From a virus, in the IMG/VR virus record IMGVR_UViG_3300044729_002678, positions 97,619 through 161,618 of that record: a stretch of 64,000 bases of DNA; one strand, written 5' to 3'. Below, one piece after another: positions 31,676 through 40,592 of the stretch. Under the pieces are notes generated by a model. It did no database searches, was not told where the DNA came from, and saw only the letters and a program-made list of their open reading frames with translations. A program made the position numbers and the translations under genes. Positions within the stretch are counted from its first letter, which is position 1, and every line of letters starts with the position of its first letter.

Positions 31676-32059
31676 TTATTTTTTTAATAAAATCTCTTTA
31701 AGCATGTTTACCTCATTTCGAAACAACTCGTTTTCCATTTTCCACCTTACCTTTTCAATTGCTTTTTGAACCAATAAAATTAATTCATTTGATAAATGTG
31801 AACCAATTGTGAACTCAAATGTATAGTAATGGTTTGATACTTTTACCATATTATTTTGAAGTATTAGTGTAAACTCTTTATCCCAAGTTTGAACATAATA
31901 CCTACCTGAAGGTGTCATTAAATAATGAGTGTTTGGGTTGGCTAATAATTTAATTAAAACCCTTTTAGTAAGAATTTCTCTTTCAGTATATGGTTCATGT
32001 TTATTTGCTTTTAACTTAAACCAAACATAAACCTTTTTTAATTTATATGTTAAATTCAT
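31676..32059 (-). CDS. Hypothetical protein
   Basis: 127 aa ORF; no recognised motif. Confidence 0.55.
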   Translation of the reverse strand: MNLTYKLKKVYVWFKLKANKHEPYTEREILTKRVLIKLLANPNTHYLMTPSGRYYVQTWDKEFTLILQNNMVKVSNHYYTFEFTIGSHLSNELILLVQKAIEKVRWKMENELFRNEVNMLKEILLKK

Positions 32060-32072
32060 ACTTTTTGTTTTT

Positions 32073-32146
32073 GTGATCCCGACTGGGGTCGAACCAGTAA
32101 CCTACTGCTTAGAAGGCAGTTGCTCTATCCATTGAGCTACGGGACC
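32073..32146 (-). tRNA. tRNA-Arg(TCT)
   Basis: Cloverleaf with anticodon arm CTGC CTTCTAA GCAG. Confidence 0.92.
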
Positions 32147-32153
32147 AATGTAA

Positions 32154-32230
32154 TGGTGGGCCCTGCTGGGTTCGAACCAGCGACCACCTGATTATGAGTC
32201 AGACGCTCTGACCTGCTGAGCTAAGGGCCC
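32154..32230 (-). tRNA. tRNA-Ile2(CAT), lysidine type; encoded CCA
   Basis: GGGCCCTTAGCTCAG...GACTCATAATC; acceptor resembles ileX rather than Met. Confidence 0.8.
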
Positions 32231-32239
32231 TTATTGTTG

Positions 32240-32311
32240 AGCGGAGGGGTGTTACCGCCCCACCATCTCCGAGCTGGTAGCCCGGCGAGTTTCTTCCAAC
32301 TCTTCCTCCAC
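32240..32311 (-). tRNA. Non-canonical tRNA-Gly(ACC)-like RNA
   Basis: GTGGAGG/CCTCCGC acceptor, GAGTT/AACTC D-stem, CCGGG-CTACCAG-CTCGG anticodon arm; T-loop GGCGGTA instead of TTCGA. Confidence 0.6.
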
Positions 32312-32352
32312 GTTTTATGTAAATATACGAAACTATTTTGATATTTCCAAAT

Positions 32353-32802
32353 TTAACAACAGTGATAATCTGCTGCTTTTGTTGCTATTTGTGAATGTGG
32401 TTTTATATTTACTTTATATCCCAATGAACTTGCCCACCCACGTGTGGCTGAAACTAAACGATTAGATGGCCAATATTCATCTTCATTGTAATCCATATCC
32501 AATTCAACCTTTATGTTTATTTGCTGAGTAAACCATTCTGCTAATTCAATAGTACGAGAGCATTCCTCAAATAATCGTTTGAACAAATCCTTTATTATAG
32601 GTATTCTTTCTTTACTATAAATATAATGAACACCCCTCACACCAAATCGGTATGCTATTACAGTTACATACACCGTTTCAATACCCACATTCTGCGAATC
32701 AGTTCCAATGTATATTTTTGTAGATGGGTATTTTTTTAATACTTCCAATGTATGTTGAATCGGGTCTACATACCCATTATCAACTGAACGAAATTTTTTC
32801 AT
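32353..32802 (-). CDS. RNase H-like YkuK family protein
   Basis: KIYIGTDSQ...RLFEE...ELDMDYN...IKPHSQIATKAAD. Confidence 0.8.
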   Translation of the reverse strand: MKKFRSVDNGYVDPIQHTLEVLKKYPSTKIYIGTDSQNVGIETVYVTVIAYRFGVRGVHYIYSKERIPIIKDLFKRLFEECSRTIELAEWFTQQINIKVELDMDYNEDEYWPSNRLVSATRGWASSLGYKVNIKPHSQIATKAADYHCC

Positions 32803-32814
32803 TTTTTAATAATT

Positions 32815-32900
32815 GTACCAGAGATGGGACTCGAACCCACACGAGCGCTTAGCTCAATTAATTTTAAGTCAATCTTGTCTACCTGTTTCAACACTCTGGC
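32815..32900 (-). tRNA. tRNA-Leu(TAA)
   Basis: Long variable arm; loop CTTAAAA. Confidence 0.88.
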
Positions 32901-33109
32901 GTTTAGGCTATTTTTTTATTTTTTCAACCACAAATAACTTATTAAATTCATCTAAACTTATTTGTTTTGTTTTTGCAAAAAATTCCAATGCTTCCTCAAT
33001 AGAACCTGCTTTGGTTTTAGAAATTGCTTCCTTTTTAATGTCGGTGGTGCTGTAAAAAAAATATTCATTCATAGTAATCCTTATTTTTTATAAATATACG
33101 AAAGAAAGT

Positions 33110-33556
33110 TTAACTTTCCAAATAATAATTTATTTTAATTCCCGCTTCATTAAACATCTGAATACTTCTTTGAGCACTCTCTACCCACTTTTGTTCTTTA
33201 GAGCCACCACCATCCTTAATCCATATTTCGGTAATACCTGCATTTATAATTGCTCTTGCACAATCTGTGCATGGTATTCCACATGTCATATACATTTTAG
33301 AACCATTTGTAGATACACCAATTCTTGCTGCATTATAGATAGAATTTCTTTCGGCGTGTTCAAACCAAAAATACTTTTCAGGTCTTTCCTGTCTTTCATC
33401 CACATTATCATCAATACCCCGCGGAAATGAATTATAACCTGTGGAAATTATTTCATTACCCCTTCCTACAAGAACTACACCTATTTGAGTATATTTATCT
33501 TTTGATTTTAACTTAACTTGTTCCGCTATGTTAAAAAAATATTCATCCCAATTCAT
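33110..33556 (-). CDS. dCMP deaminase
   Basis: TGYN, HAERN, PCTDC Zn motifs. Confidence 0.92.
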   Translation of the reverse strand: MNWDEYFFNIAEQVKLKSKDKYTQIGVVLVGRGNEIISTGYNSFPRGIDDNVDERQERPEKYFWFEHAERNSIYNAARIGVSTNGSKMYMTCGIPCTDCARAIINAGITEIWIKDGGGSKEQKWVESAQRSIQMFNEAGIKINYYLES

Positions 33557-33868
33557 ATTTTATTAATTTTGAATTGTTAGTTTATATTCTTTTTTATCAT
33601 CCGTTTTAAAATTAAAAGATTTTTCTGATTGGTTATAATTTATTTCCGATATTCTATCAGACTGAAATGCGGAAAATGTGCCCCAAGAATCACTCCACTC
33701 AAAATCCAAAAGTAAAATGTTCCCAGCATGCGGACCACCATCTTCCCAATTTTTAACCCTACCAAACCTATCAGTATTACCCCATCTAATGGAATCCGAT
33801 TCTATAGTAAGGTTTCCGCCGATTTCTTCTAATTTATATTTTTTCATAACCAATAATTTACACTTCCA

Positions 33869-35425
33869 TTAATTTTTAAAAATACGTTTTGTATTAGTAT
33901 CAACTGATAGTATATACATTCCCATTGGAATTTGATGTGTGGTAATCATTGCCTTTTTACCATCAACAAAAATCTCAACAACCATCTTTCTACCACTCAT
34001 ATCATAAAGTGAGATATTCTTTATTAATTTATCACTTTCTACATTGATTAAATCACAAAAAGGATTAGGATAAATACCTACATTTGGATTAGAAATGGAT
34101 TGTAGTGAACTGTTTAATGTATCGGGTCTGAAATTAGACCAACCTGCTGTCCAGTCAATTGTTCCAAACGCACCCCTATGATTTACAACTGAGAAAAAGG
34201 TATCAGTTAGTCGTGGATTCAAAAATGAAGCGCCATTTAGAAGGGGACTTGTGGAATCAGGCAATAAATTTGGATTAGTCAAATTATTATATCCTACACC
34301 AAATCCTAAAAGATGAATACTATCAGTTTGATTATTACGAGAACTATCTCTAAAATATGTTTCCATCCCCGGCCAACTATTAGCACCAGATGTCTGCTCA
34401 AAGTTATTTGTCATATTAGCAAATACAACATTTTCAAACTGAAGTAAGTTATTAGTAGCATTTAATTGAGCCGCTGAACCATCAATATGTAACCCAGTTG
34501 GGTATCCAACAAAAACCGAATTATATATTGAGGTTCGGGTATTTCTACGAAGATGTAATGCCCTACGATAAAGTGAAGCAGTCGTTCCATTTTCTTTTGG
34601 ACCGATAATAGTTACATTTGAAAAAATGGGAGATGTAATAGGTGTATTAGCAGTTCCCGTTCCATCATTATCGGATTCAAACCCATTTGATTGAGATTGG
34701 TCTGCAATATTCGGGTCACGCATTGAAAGAGTAAATTGAACTTTACCTGAATACCCAAAATCAGTATCAAAATCATCATCCCACCCACGATGGGCAATTA
34801 AGTATTTACAATTTACATTTCCACCAAACCACTCATAACTATCATCACCGGAATAACTGACTTGGATATTTTCAATAATGGTTTTTCTTCCAACCCCACC
34901 CATCGTTAAACCATTAATCTCATTGTTGGGTTGATAAGCAATTCCACCATATTCAATTCGAACATACCGAAATACCCCCGATGAATCATCTTCGTTTGTT
35001 CCACCATATGTAGCATCATTACCCAAAAGACCGCCTTCTACAATAGCAGTTCCGCCTGGTACATTGATTGGGGCATTTCCAAGAATAAGAACACCACCCC
35101 AGTCACCATATGTGCGTTGACCCGCAGGTTCGTTGGAAGTGAATACTATTGGATTTGTTGAAGTACCTGATGCATGGATTTTACCTGTTTTAGTAACAAT
35201 AAGGGTTGCTTTACTTGCCCTATCACCACGAATAATTGTGCCAGGTTCAATAGTTAGGGTAGCACCATCCTTTACAAATCTATATCCATTTAGAAGATAG
35301 ATTCGATTAGAACTCCATGTTGTGTTTGTTGTAATATCAGTATTAACTGTATCAACGATTGTTTGACCAAAAGATGCAATGGTCATAAGTAAGCTCGTTA
35401 GAGCAAATAGAAAAAGTTTTTTCAT
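33869..35425 (-). CDS. Secreted beta-helix-like protein with type IX secretion (T9SS) type A C-terminal sorting domain
   Basis: Signal peptide MKKLFLFALTSLLMTIASFG; C-terminus IYPNP...ISLYDMSGR...GMYILSV...KRIFKN. Confidence 0.82.
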   Translation of the reverse strand: MKKLFLFALTSLLMTIASFGQTIVDTVNTDITTNTTWSSNRIYLLNGYRFVKDGATLTIEPGTIIRGDRASKATLIVTKTGKIHASGTSTNPIVFTSNEPAGQRTYGDWGGVLILGNAPINVPGGTAIVEGGLLGNDATYGGTNEDDSSGVFRYVRIEYGGIAYQPNNEINGLTMGGVGRKTIIENIQVSYSGDDSYEWFGGNVNCKYLIAHRGWDDDFDTDFGYSGKVQFTLSMRDPNIADQSQSNGFESDNDGTGTANTPITSPIFSNVTIIGPKENGTTASLYRRALHLRRNTRTSIYNSVFVGYPTGLHIDGSAAQLNATNNLLQFENVVFANMTNNFEQTSGANSWPGMETYFRDSSRNNQTDSIHLLGFGVGYNNLTNPNLLPDSTSPLLNGASFLNPRLTDTFFSVVNHRGAFGTIDWTAGWSNFRPDTLNSSLQSISNPNVGIYPNPFCDLINVESDKLIKNISLYDMSGRKMVVEIFVDGKKAMITTHQIPMGMYILSVDTNTKRIFKN

Positions 35426-35456
35426 AGGTTAAATTGTTTTGTTTAAAGTTTAAAAT

Positions 35457-35795
35457 TTATTTCCAAAATAGTTGAATTAGTATAAGTATGGTAGCCACCC
35501 CTAATGATACTGTGGTTTTCGTATTAAGTGTTTCTCCAAACATGGAATTTGCCATTACTGCGAAAACAATAACCCCAATACCAAAACCAATAATTCGGCC
35601 AGGCCAAAGTAATCCACCATAATAAATAATTATTTGGCGTATTGATTCCATATACATCATTGATATTGGAATACCCATTAAAACTACTAACCAATAGTTT
35701 TCTTTGAACGATTGATATTTTAAGTGCCCTTGTACTTGTAAAAATGTAAGTATTTGGGCTACAAACATCAAAACCATTCCTATAACTAATCTCAT
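35457..35795 (-). CDS. Small 4-TM membrane protein (DMT/SMR-like)
   Basis: Four hydrophobic helices with a FGETL motif. Confidence 0.55.
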   Translation of the reverse strand: MRLVIGMVLMFVAQILTFLQVQGHLKYQSFKENYWLVVLMGIPISMMYMESIRQIIIYYGGLLWPGRIIGFGIGVIVFAVMANSMFGETLNTKTTVSLGVATILILIQLFWK

Positions 35796-35849
35796 ATATA
35801 ATAAGTATTACATTAATATTATTGAAGTGTTAATAAATTGTTAATGTTT

Positions 35850-35924
35850 GTAGGGGAAGCGGGACTCGAACCCACAACCTCGTGCTCCCAAAGCACGTAA
35901 TCTAACCAATTGATATATTCCCCT
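35850..35924 (-). tRNA. tRNA-Pro(TGG)
   Basis: Anticodon arm CGTGC TTTGGGA GCACG. Confidence 0.9.
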
Positions 35925-35932
35925 GTGTTTAA

Positions 35933-36056
35933 GTAGTCAGGACAGGATTCGAACCTGTATGTGGTATATTTCTCTGTTTATTTTCTCTCATCCATTAGGA
36001 TATTGAGCCACATCGTTAAACAATAAATCGTGCGTCTACCATTCCGCCACCTGACT
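35933..36056 (-). repeat. tRNA-Leu-like scaffold repeat, copy 1
   Basis: AGTCAGGTGGCGGAATGGTAGACGC-[~73 nt variable]-ACAGGTTCGAATCCTGTCCTGACTA. Confidence 0.85.
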
Positions 36057-36210
36057 AATTTAGTAATTCATCTGTTGAGTATCCAGTCAACATTAAACAC
36101 TTAATTTCCGTTTTTAGCATTCTAAAAAATATCAAAAATGCTCTTCTACTAGGTCTTTTCCAAAACAATTTCCAAATATAATTTAATGTTCTAAACATAT
36201 CTTTAATTTT

Positions 36211-36325
36211 GTAGTCAGGACAGGACTCGAACCTGCATGTGGACCTTGTGTGTATTTCAACTATATTGCGGTTTGTTCCACTCCGTTTCACTATTCGGGG
36301 CGTCTACCAATTTCGCCACCTGACT
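36211..36325 (-). repeat. tRNA-like scaffold repeat, copy 2
   Basis: Same constant ends, different insert. Confidence 0.85.
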
Positions 36326-36326
36326 A

Positions 36327-36884
36327 TTATTTTTCTATCTCTTTGTTATATTTTATTTTAAGTCCTAATTCTTCTAAACCTTTATCATGACAATCTTTTA
36401 CTGCTTTCATTCCATGCTTGGTAGCAATTGTTTCAAGTACCCTAGCATGATAAGCTTCTTCTGGTTCAATAACCTTAAACAACTCAACCAAATCCTTTGG
36501 TGTATTAGGATCGTTTATGATAACTCTCATGCGTTTAAGTGATAGAGTTTCAGCATAAGCACCAATAGCAGCAGCGGTGCTACAATCAATTACACACGGA
36601 AGTGTGTTTCGCCAATACCTTCCATCTTTGGTAGATTTGATAAATAAAGTAATGTTTCTATCCTTTAGGATTTTTTCAACCAATACCGAATGTTGTGCTT
36701 CTTGTTCAGCTATTCTCCTAAAGATAACATACGCTTGCATATCATTTTTACAATAGGTGTCAGCAAAATTGATGAAACGTTCTTCAGCATCTTTCTCATT
36801 GTTATATAAACCAACAAGCCAGTGTTCAAGTTTTTCTTTATTATTTAAACAATCATTCCACCACTTTTTTGTTATTTTTAACAT
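36327..36884 (-). CDS. Ferritin-like diiron protein
   Basis: Two ExxH motifs (EQEAQH, EEAYH); likely start 36884. Confidence 0.7.
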   Translation of the reverse strand: MLKITKKWWNDCLNNKEKLEHWLVGLYNNEKDAEERFINFADTYCKNDMQAYVIFRRIAEQEAQHSVLVEKILKDRNITLFIKSTKDGRYWRNTLPCVIDCSTAAAIGAYAETLSLKRMRVIINDPNTPKDLVELFKVIEPEEAYHARVLETIATKHGMKAVKDCHDKGLEELGLKIKYNKEIEK

Positions 36885-36900
36885 AACATTATTTTTTTTA

Positions 36901-37023
36901 GTAGTCAGGACAGGATTCGAACCTGTACGATGCATTTCTCTTGCACCTCGGAATTAATGGCCTCACGAAATTAATTATTTCGTTAGCTTACTTGCTGCGT
37001 CTATCCAATTTCGCCACCTGACT
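36901..37023 (-). repeat. tRNA-like scaffold repeat, copy 3
   Basis: Same constant ends, multi-hairpin insert. Confidence 0.85.
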
Positions 37024-37155
37024 GTTTGTTTACATCTCTAAATCAAACACATACGCTATAATAATATAGGAGATAAGGAAAATACCTATAATTGTTAATA
37101 TAATTGGTCTCAATATTTTTACACTTACTAATTTTTCCATATTTTTTAATTTTTA

Positions 37156-37253
37156 GTAGTCAGGACAGGATTCGAACCTGCGTATGAGAGACTCATCTAT
37201 ACCTTTTTACCGATGCAGACTAACCCTTTGCGTTACCAATTCGCCACCTGACT
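37156..37253 (-). repeat. tRNA-like scaffold repeat, copy 4
   Basis: Same constant ends. Confidence 0.85.
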
Positions 37254-37254
37254 A

Positions 37255-37534
37255 TGTTTCCCTATCCTGAGATTCCAGACGGGTAGATTTTAACGGGTTT
37301 CTCTCACTGTTCGAGAACCATATCTCCCTCTATTATTTGGCAACCTAAAAGATTAACCATTCAAAAAGTGGGCCTTTTTCATTAGTGTCTTACCACATAA
37401 AAACCTGTCAACACTACTGGGAGGAGGTGTGTCGCTCTCCTTTATTCCCATGCCGTCCCACTCACGCTGACTGACGGTCTGCGGGTCTATTGTTTAAGTC
37501 TTAGACCAAAGACTCTGAGCACCTCTTACTCATT
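37255..37534 (-). ncRNA. Unidentified ~280 nt structured RNA in the tRNA cluster
   Basis: GC-richer, ORF-free, several hairpins; 3' hairpin with GGAAUCUCA loop. Confidence 0.45.
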
Positions 37535-37640
37535 GTCCATTCTGTTGGATTCGAACCAACTTACTCGTCTTACATTCGGATTAGCGCTAACCAGGCGATG
37601 TAAGAGTCAAAGTGTTTTAACCACATAACACTAAGAATGG
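37535..37640 (-). ncRNA. tRNA-like RNA with extended anticodon arm
   Basis: CCATTCT/AGAATGG acceptor, GTGTT/AACAC D-stem, canonical T-arm, long central stem CTTACAT/ATGTAAG. Confidence 0.6.
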
Positions 37641-37731
37641 AGGATTAGAAGCTTGGGATTTTCACCCTCGAACATCTTCATTGATACGTCTATCAATTAG
37701 ATTGAAACGCGTATTGCGACACTTCTAATTT

Positions 37732-37806
37732 GCGGTTCGTATGGGAATCGAACCCATGACCTTCGCAGTGACAGTGCGATATTGTAACCAACTCTACTAA
37801 CGAACC
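37732..37806 (-). tRNA. tRNA-Asp(GTC)
   Basis: Loop CTGTCAC. Confidence 0.9.
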
Positions 37807-37810
37807 ATTT

Positions 37811-37884
37811 GAGCGATAAACAGGACTCGAACCTGCAACCTCCGACTTGGAAGGACGATGCTCTACCAATTGAGCTATTATCGC
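37811..37884 (-). tRNA. tRNA-Gly(TCC)
   Basis: Loop CTTCCAA. Confidence 0.9.
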
Positions 37885-37889
37885 GAATT

Positions 37890-37963
37890 GAGCGGCAAAC
37901 TGGATTCGAACCAGCGACCCTAACCTTGGCAAGGTTATGCTCTACCAACTGAGCTACTGCCGC
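37890..37963 (-). tRNA. tRNA-Gly(GCC)
   Basis: Loop TTGCCAA. Confidence 0.92.
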
Positions 37964-37967
37964 GTTT

Positions 37968-38041
37968 GAGCTCCCTGTCGGATTCGAACCAACGACCATC
38001 CGCTTACAAGGCGGGAGCTCTACCAACTGAGCTAAGGAAGC
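37968..38041 (-). tRNA. tRNA-Thr(TGT)
   Basis: Loop CTTGTAA. Confidence 0.92.
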
Positions 38042-38048
38042 ATTTTTT

Positions 38049-38123
38049 GTGGACCGTACCGGAGTCGAACCGATGACCTTCTGAATGCAAATCAGACGTT
38101 CTAGCCAACTGAACTAACAGCCC
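38049..38123 (-). tRNA. tRNA-Ala(TGC)
   Basis: G3-U70 pair; loop TTTGCAT. Confidence 0.92.
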
Positions 38124-38125
38124 TT

Positions 38126-38203
38126 TGGTTGCGGGGGAGGGAATCGAACCCTCGTAGTTGGGCTTATGAGACCCAGCTGGTGCCATCTCCAGTCTACCCC
38201 GCG
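38126..38203 (-). tRNA. tRNA-fMet(CAT)
   Basis: C1:A72 mismatch, CGCGGGG acceptor, CAT anticodon, encoded CCA. Confidence 0.85.
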
Positions 38204-38213
38204 ATATACTTTT

Positions 38214-38289
38214 GTACTCCGTACGGGACTCGAACCCGTAAGCTTTCCCGTGAAAGGGGAATGTCCTAAACCAATTAGACGAACGGAGC
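38214..38289 (-). tRNA. tRNA-Glu(TTC)
   Basis: Loop CTTTCAC. Confidence 0.9.
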
Positions 38290-38297
38290 GTCTTTTT

Positions 38298-38370
38298 GCG
38301 TCCTGAGAAGGATTCGAACCTACGGCCTAGCGGTTAACAGCCGCTTGCTCTACCTCTGAGCTATCAAGAC
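38298..38370 (-). tRNA. tRNA-Asn(GTT)
   Basis: Loop CTGTTAA. Confidence 0.9.
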
Positions 38371-38377
38371 AAATAAT

Positions 38378-38461
38378 GTATCGAAGGTGGGACTCGAACC
38401 CACATTGCTATTTAGCGCTGGTTTCTAAAACCAGTATGTCTACCAATTCCATCACTTCGAT
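38378..38461 (-). tRNA. tRNA-Leu(TAG)
   Basis: CTGGT TTTAGAA ACCAG; long variable arm. Confidence 0.88.
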
Positions 38462-38498
38462 ATAAATATACGAAATATTTTTTATATTTCCAAATTTT

Positions 38499-38588
38499 GC
38501 GGAAGATATTGGATTCGAACCAATGAACCGGGATTACCGATTAACACCTTAGCAGGGTGCCGCTTTAGACCAGCTCAGCCAATCTTCC
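38499..38588 (-). tRNA. tRNA-Ser(GCT)
   Basis: Loop CTGCTAA; long variable arm. Confidence 0.9.
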
Positions 38589-38590
38589 TT

Positions 38591-38665
38591 TGGGGTGATT
38601 AATGGGTTTCGAACCCATACTAACAGAACCACAATCTGTCGTGCTACCATTACACTATAAACACC
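38591..38665 (-). tRNA. tRNA-His(GTG)
   Basis: G-1, loop TTGTGGT, encoded CCA. Confidence 0.88.
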
Positions 38666-38677
38666 ATAAATAATAGA

Positions 38678-38752
38678 GTAGCGAGAAGCAGAATCGAACT
38701 GCTGGCCTTAGGTTTATGAATCCTACGCTCTAACCATCTGAGCTATCTCGCC
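38678..38752 (-). tRNA. tRNA-Met(CAT), elongator
   Basis: GGCGAGA acceptor; loop TTCATAA. Confidence 0.85.
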
Positions 38753-38756
38753 ATTT

Positions 38757-38830
38757 TGGCGCGGGTGCAAGGATTCGAACCTCGAACTGCGGTGTTGGAG
38801 ACCGTAATGATACCATTTCAACACACCCAC
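38757..38830 (-). tRNA. tRNA-Trp(CCA)
   Basis: Loop CTCCAAC, G73, encoded CCA. Confidence 0.85.
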
Positions 38831-38837
38831 TTTTTTT

Positions 38838-38909
38838 GAGGTACTGGTTGGATTTGAACCAACATAAGAGCTTTTGCAGAGCTCCACCTTGCCAATCGGA
38901 CACAGTACC
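38838..38909 (-). tRNA. tRNA-Cys(GCA)
   Basis: Loop CTGCAAA, U73. Confidence 0.88.
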
Positions 38910-38914
38910 AAAAT

Positions 38915-38987
38915 GTGGTTCTTAAACGATTCGAACGTTTAATTCTTCGTCCGTAGCGAAGTGGTTTATCCGTTAGCCTAAAGAACC
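38915..38987 (-). tRNA. tRNA-Arg(ACG)
   Basis: CTTCG CTACGGA CGAAG. Confidence 0.88.
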
Positions 38988-38991
38988 AAAT

Positions 38992-39066
38992 GTTGGAATA
39001 GCCGGATTCGAACCAGCGACCTTTTGAATATCAGTCAAATGCTCTAACCTACTGAGCTATATTCCA
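38992..39066 (-). tRNA. tRNA-Ile(GAT)
   Basis: Loop CTGATAT. Confidence 0.9.
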
Positions 39067-39070
39067 ATGT

Positions 39071-39153
39071 GTGCCTGCAGAAGGACTCGAACCTCCGAAC
39101 TCAAACGAGAACTGATTTACAGTCAGTTGCAATTGCCGCTATGCGATACAGGC
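39071..39153 (-). tRNA. tRNA-Tyr(GTA)
   Basis: Loop CTGTAAA; variable arm. Confidence 0.9.
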
Positions 39154-39160
39154 GTATTGT

Positions 39161-39234
39161 GTGGTGATGGACGGAATCGAACCGCCGACACAAGGATTTT
39201 CAGTCCTTTGCTCTACCAACTGAGCTACATCACC
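39161..39234 (-). tRNA. tRNA-Phe(GAA)
   Basis: Loop CTGAAAA. Confidence 0.93.
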
Positions 39235-39239
39235 AAATA

Positions 39240-39371
39240 ACACGAAGTTAGGATACCCGTCTCGTCCTAATCTTAACTGCTTAATCGTAGTTTTACGAGG
39301 CCTCGGCAGAGGGTGCTAACTCCATATGGAGACCTGCGCTGGTCTTTTACCCATACTTCTGTTCTTCATGT
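39240..39371 (-). ncRNA. Unidentified ~130 nt structured RNA
   Basis: Closing stem ACATGAAG/CTTCGTGT with internal hairpins (TTAGGA/TCCTAA, TCGTA/TACGA, AGACC/GGTCT). Confidence 0.5.
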
Positions 39372-39372
39372 T

Positions 39373-39450
39373 TGGTACATCATGATGGATTCGAACCACC
39401 GACCCTTTGCTTGTAAGGCAAATGCTCTGAACCAACTGAGCTAATGATGT
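39373..39450 (-). tRNA. tRNA-Val(TAC)
   Basis: Loop CTTACAA; encoded CCA. Confidence 0.9.
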
Positions 39451-39454
39451 GTAT

Positions 39455-39528
39455 GTGACCCCGAGCAGGATCGAACTGCTACTCCCCTGATTAAAAGTCA
39501 GGTGCTTTACCAATTAAGCTACGAGGTC
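39455..39528 (-). tRNA. tRNA-Lys(TTT)
   Basis: Loop CTTTTAA; 5' end overlaps the last codons of the HNH ORF. Confidence 0.9.
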
Positions 39529-40131
39529 ATATTCTTTTTTCAATCTATGACATCTATTATAGTTTCCACCTTTGGGAGTTAATCCAACAAAAATCAAAGA
39601 TTGTCTGAAATTCCATTTATTAATCAACAATGATTCTAACAAAGTTTCATCGGTAACTTTCATTTTTCTTTCTTTTTTATTTCTACCTCTCCATGTAGAA
39701 GTAATTGAATGGCAGTTAGGACATAACATTTCTAAATTATCTCTATTGTTGTTAAAGTGATTACCATCTTTATGCTCTAATTCTAAAACTAAAGTGGTGT
39801 TTAACCACTCACTCAATCCACATTTATTACATTTTTCTTCCTGTTCATAAAGTATTCTAAACCTGAGAGATTGAAAACTAAGTTCAGAGTATTCTGATTG
39901 TAATATTTGGTTTTTATGATTTTCTTTTCTTATATTTCCAATCTTAATCCAAAAACTACTAGGTCTATTGGAGTTTGATTTTTTAACTTTTTCAGAGTTT
40001 TTTGCAGATTTAGATTTTTTTAACTTATCAGATTCTGTCCAATTTCTACTATTTCTGCAAGATAACGAGCAATAATTAACTAAACCTCTAGATGGTTCAA
40101 ATTCATTTCCACATTTTTTACATTTTTTCAT
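39514..40131 (-). mobile_element. Free-standing HNH homing endonuclease inserted in tRNA-Lys
   Basis: CKKC...CSLSC N-terminus; CNKC...LELEHKDGNHFNNNRDNLEMLCPNCH; the tRNA-Lys 5' 22 nt is duplicated at 40195-40216. Confidence 0.88.
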
Positions 40132-40220
40132 AATTTCCCATTTTATGTAAATATTAAGTTGAACTCAGAAACATTAAAAAATTAAAAAATAAATTAACCA
40201 ATTGAGCTACGAGGTCTTTT

Positions 40221-40294
40221 GTACTCCCGACAGGATTTGAACCTGTAACCTCGATGGTATAAGCATCTTGCGCTAACCGTTGCGCCACGAGAGC
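40221..40294 (-). tRNA. tRNA-Ile(TAT)
   Basis: GATG CTTATAC CATC anticodon arm. Confidence 0.8.
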
Positions 40295-40301
40295 ATAATG
40301 T

Positions 40302-40388
40302 GAGGAAGGAGTGAGATTCGAACTCACGGAGCTTTTACACCCTTCAGTTTTCAAGACTGATGCAATAGACCCACTCTGCCATCCTTCC
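40302..40388 (-). tRNA. tRNA-Ser(TGA)
   Basis: Loop CTTGAAA; long variable arm. Confidence 0.9.
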
Positions 40389-40495
40389 ATTACACCGTTC
40401 GTTGGTACTTCGCCGTTATCTGCAGATTCGGTGTTTTCCCCGTTCTTGTTTTATTTAAGTGTACTACCCTACTCGGTGCTTGTAGCCAACACTGT

Positions 40496-40592
40496 GTAGT
40501 CAGGACAGGATTCGAACCTGTAATTAGGATTATTTAATCGGGCTCCATACCGTACCTACCTTTCGATGCGTCTACCATTTCGCCACCTGACT
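40496..40592 (-). repeat. tRNA-like scaffold repeat, copy 5
   Basis: Same constant ends. Confidence 0.85.
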
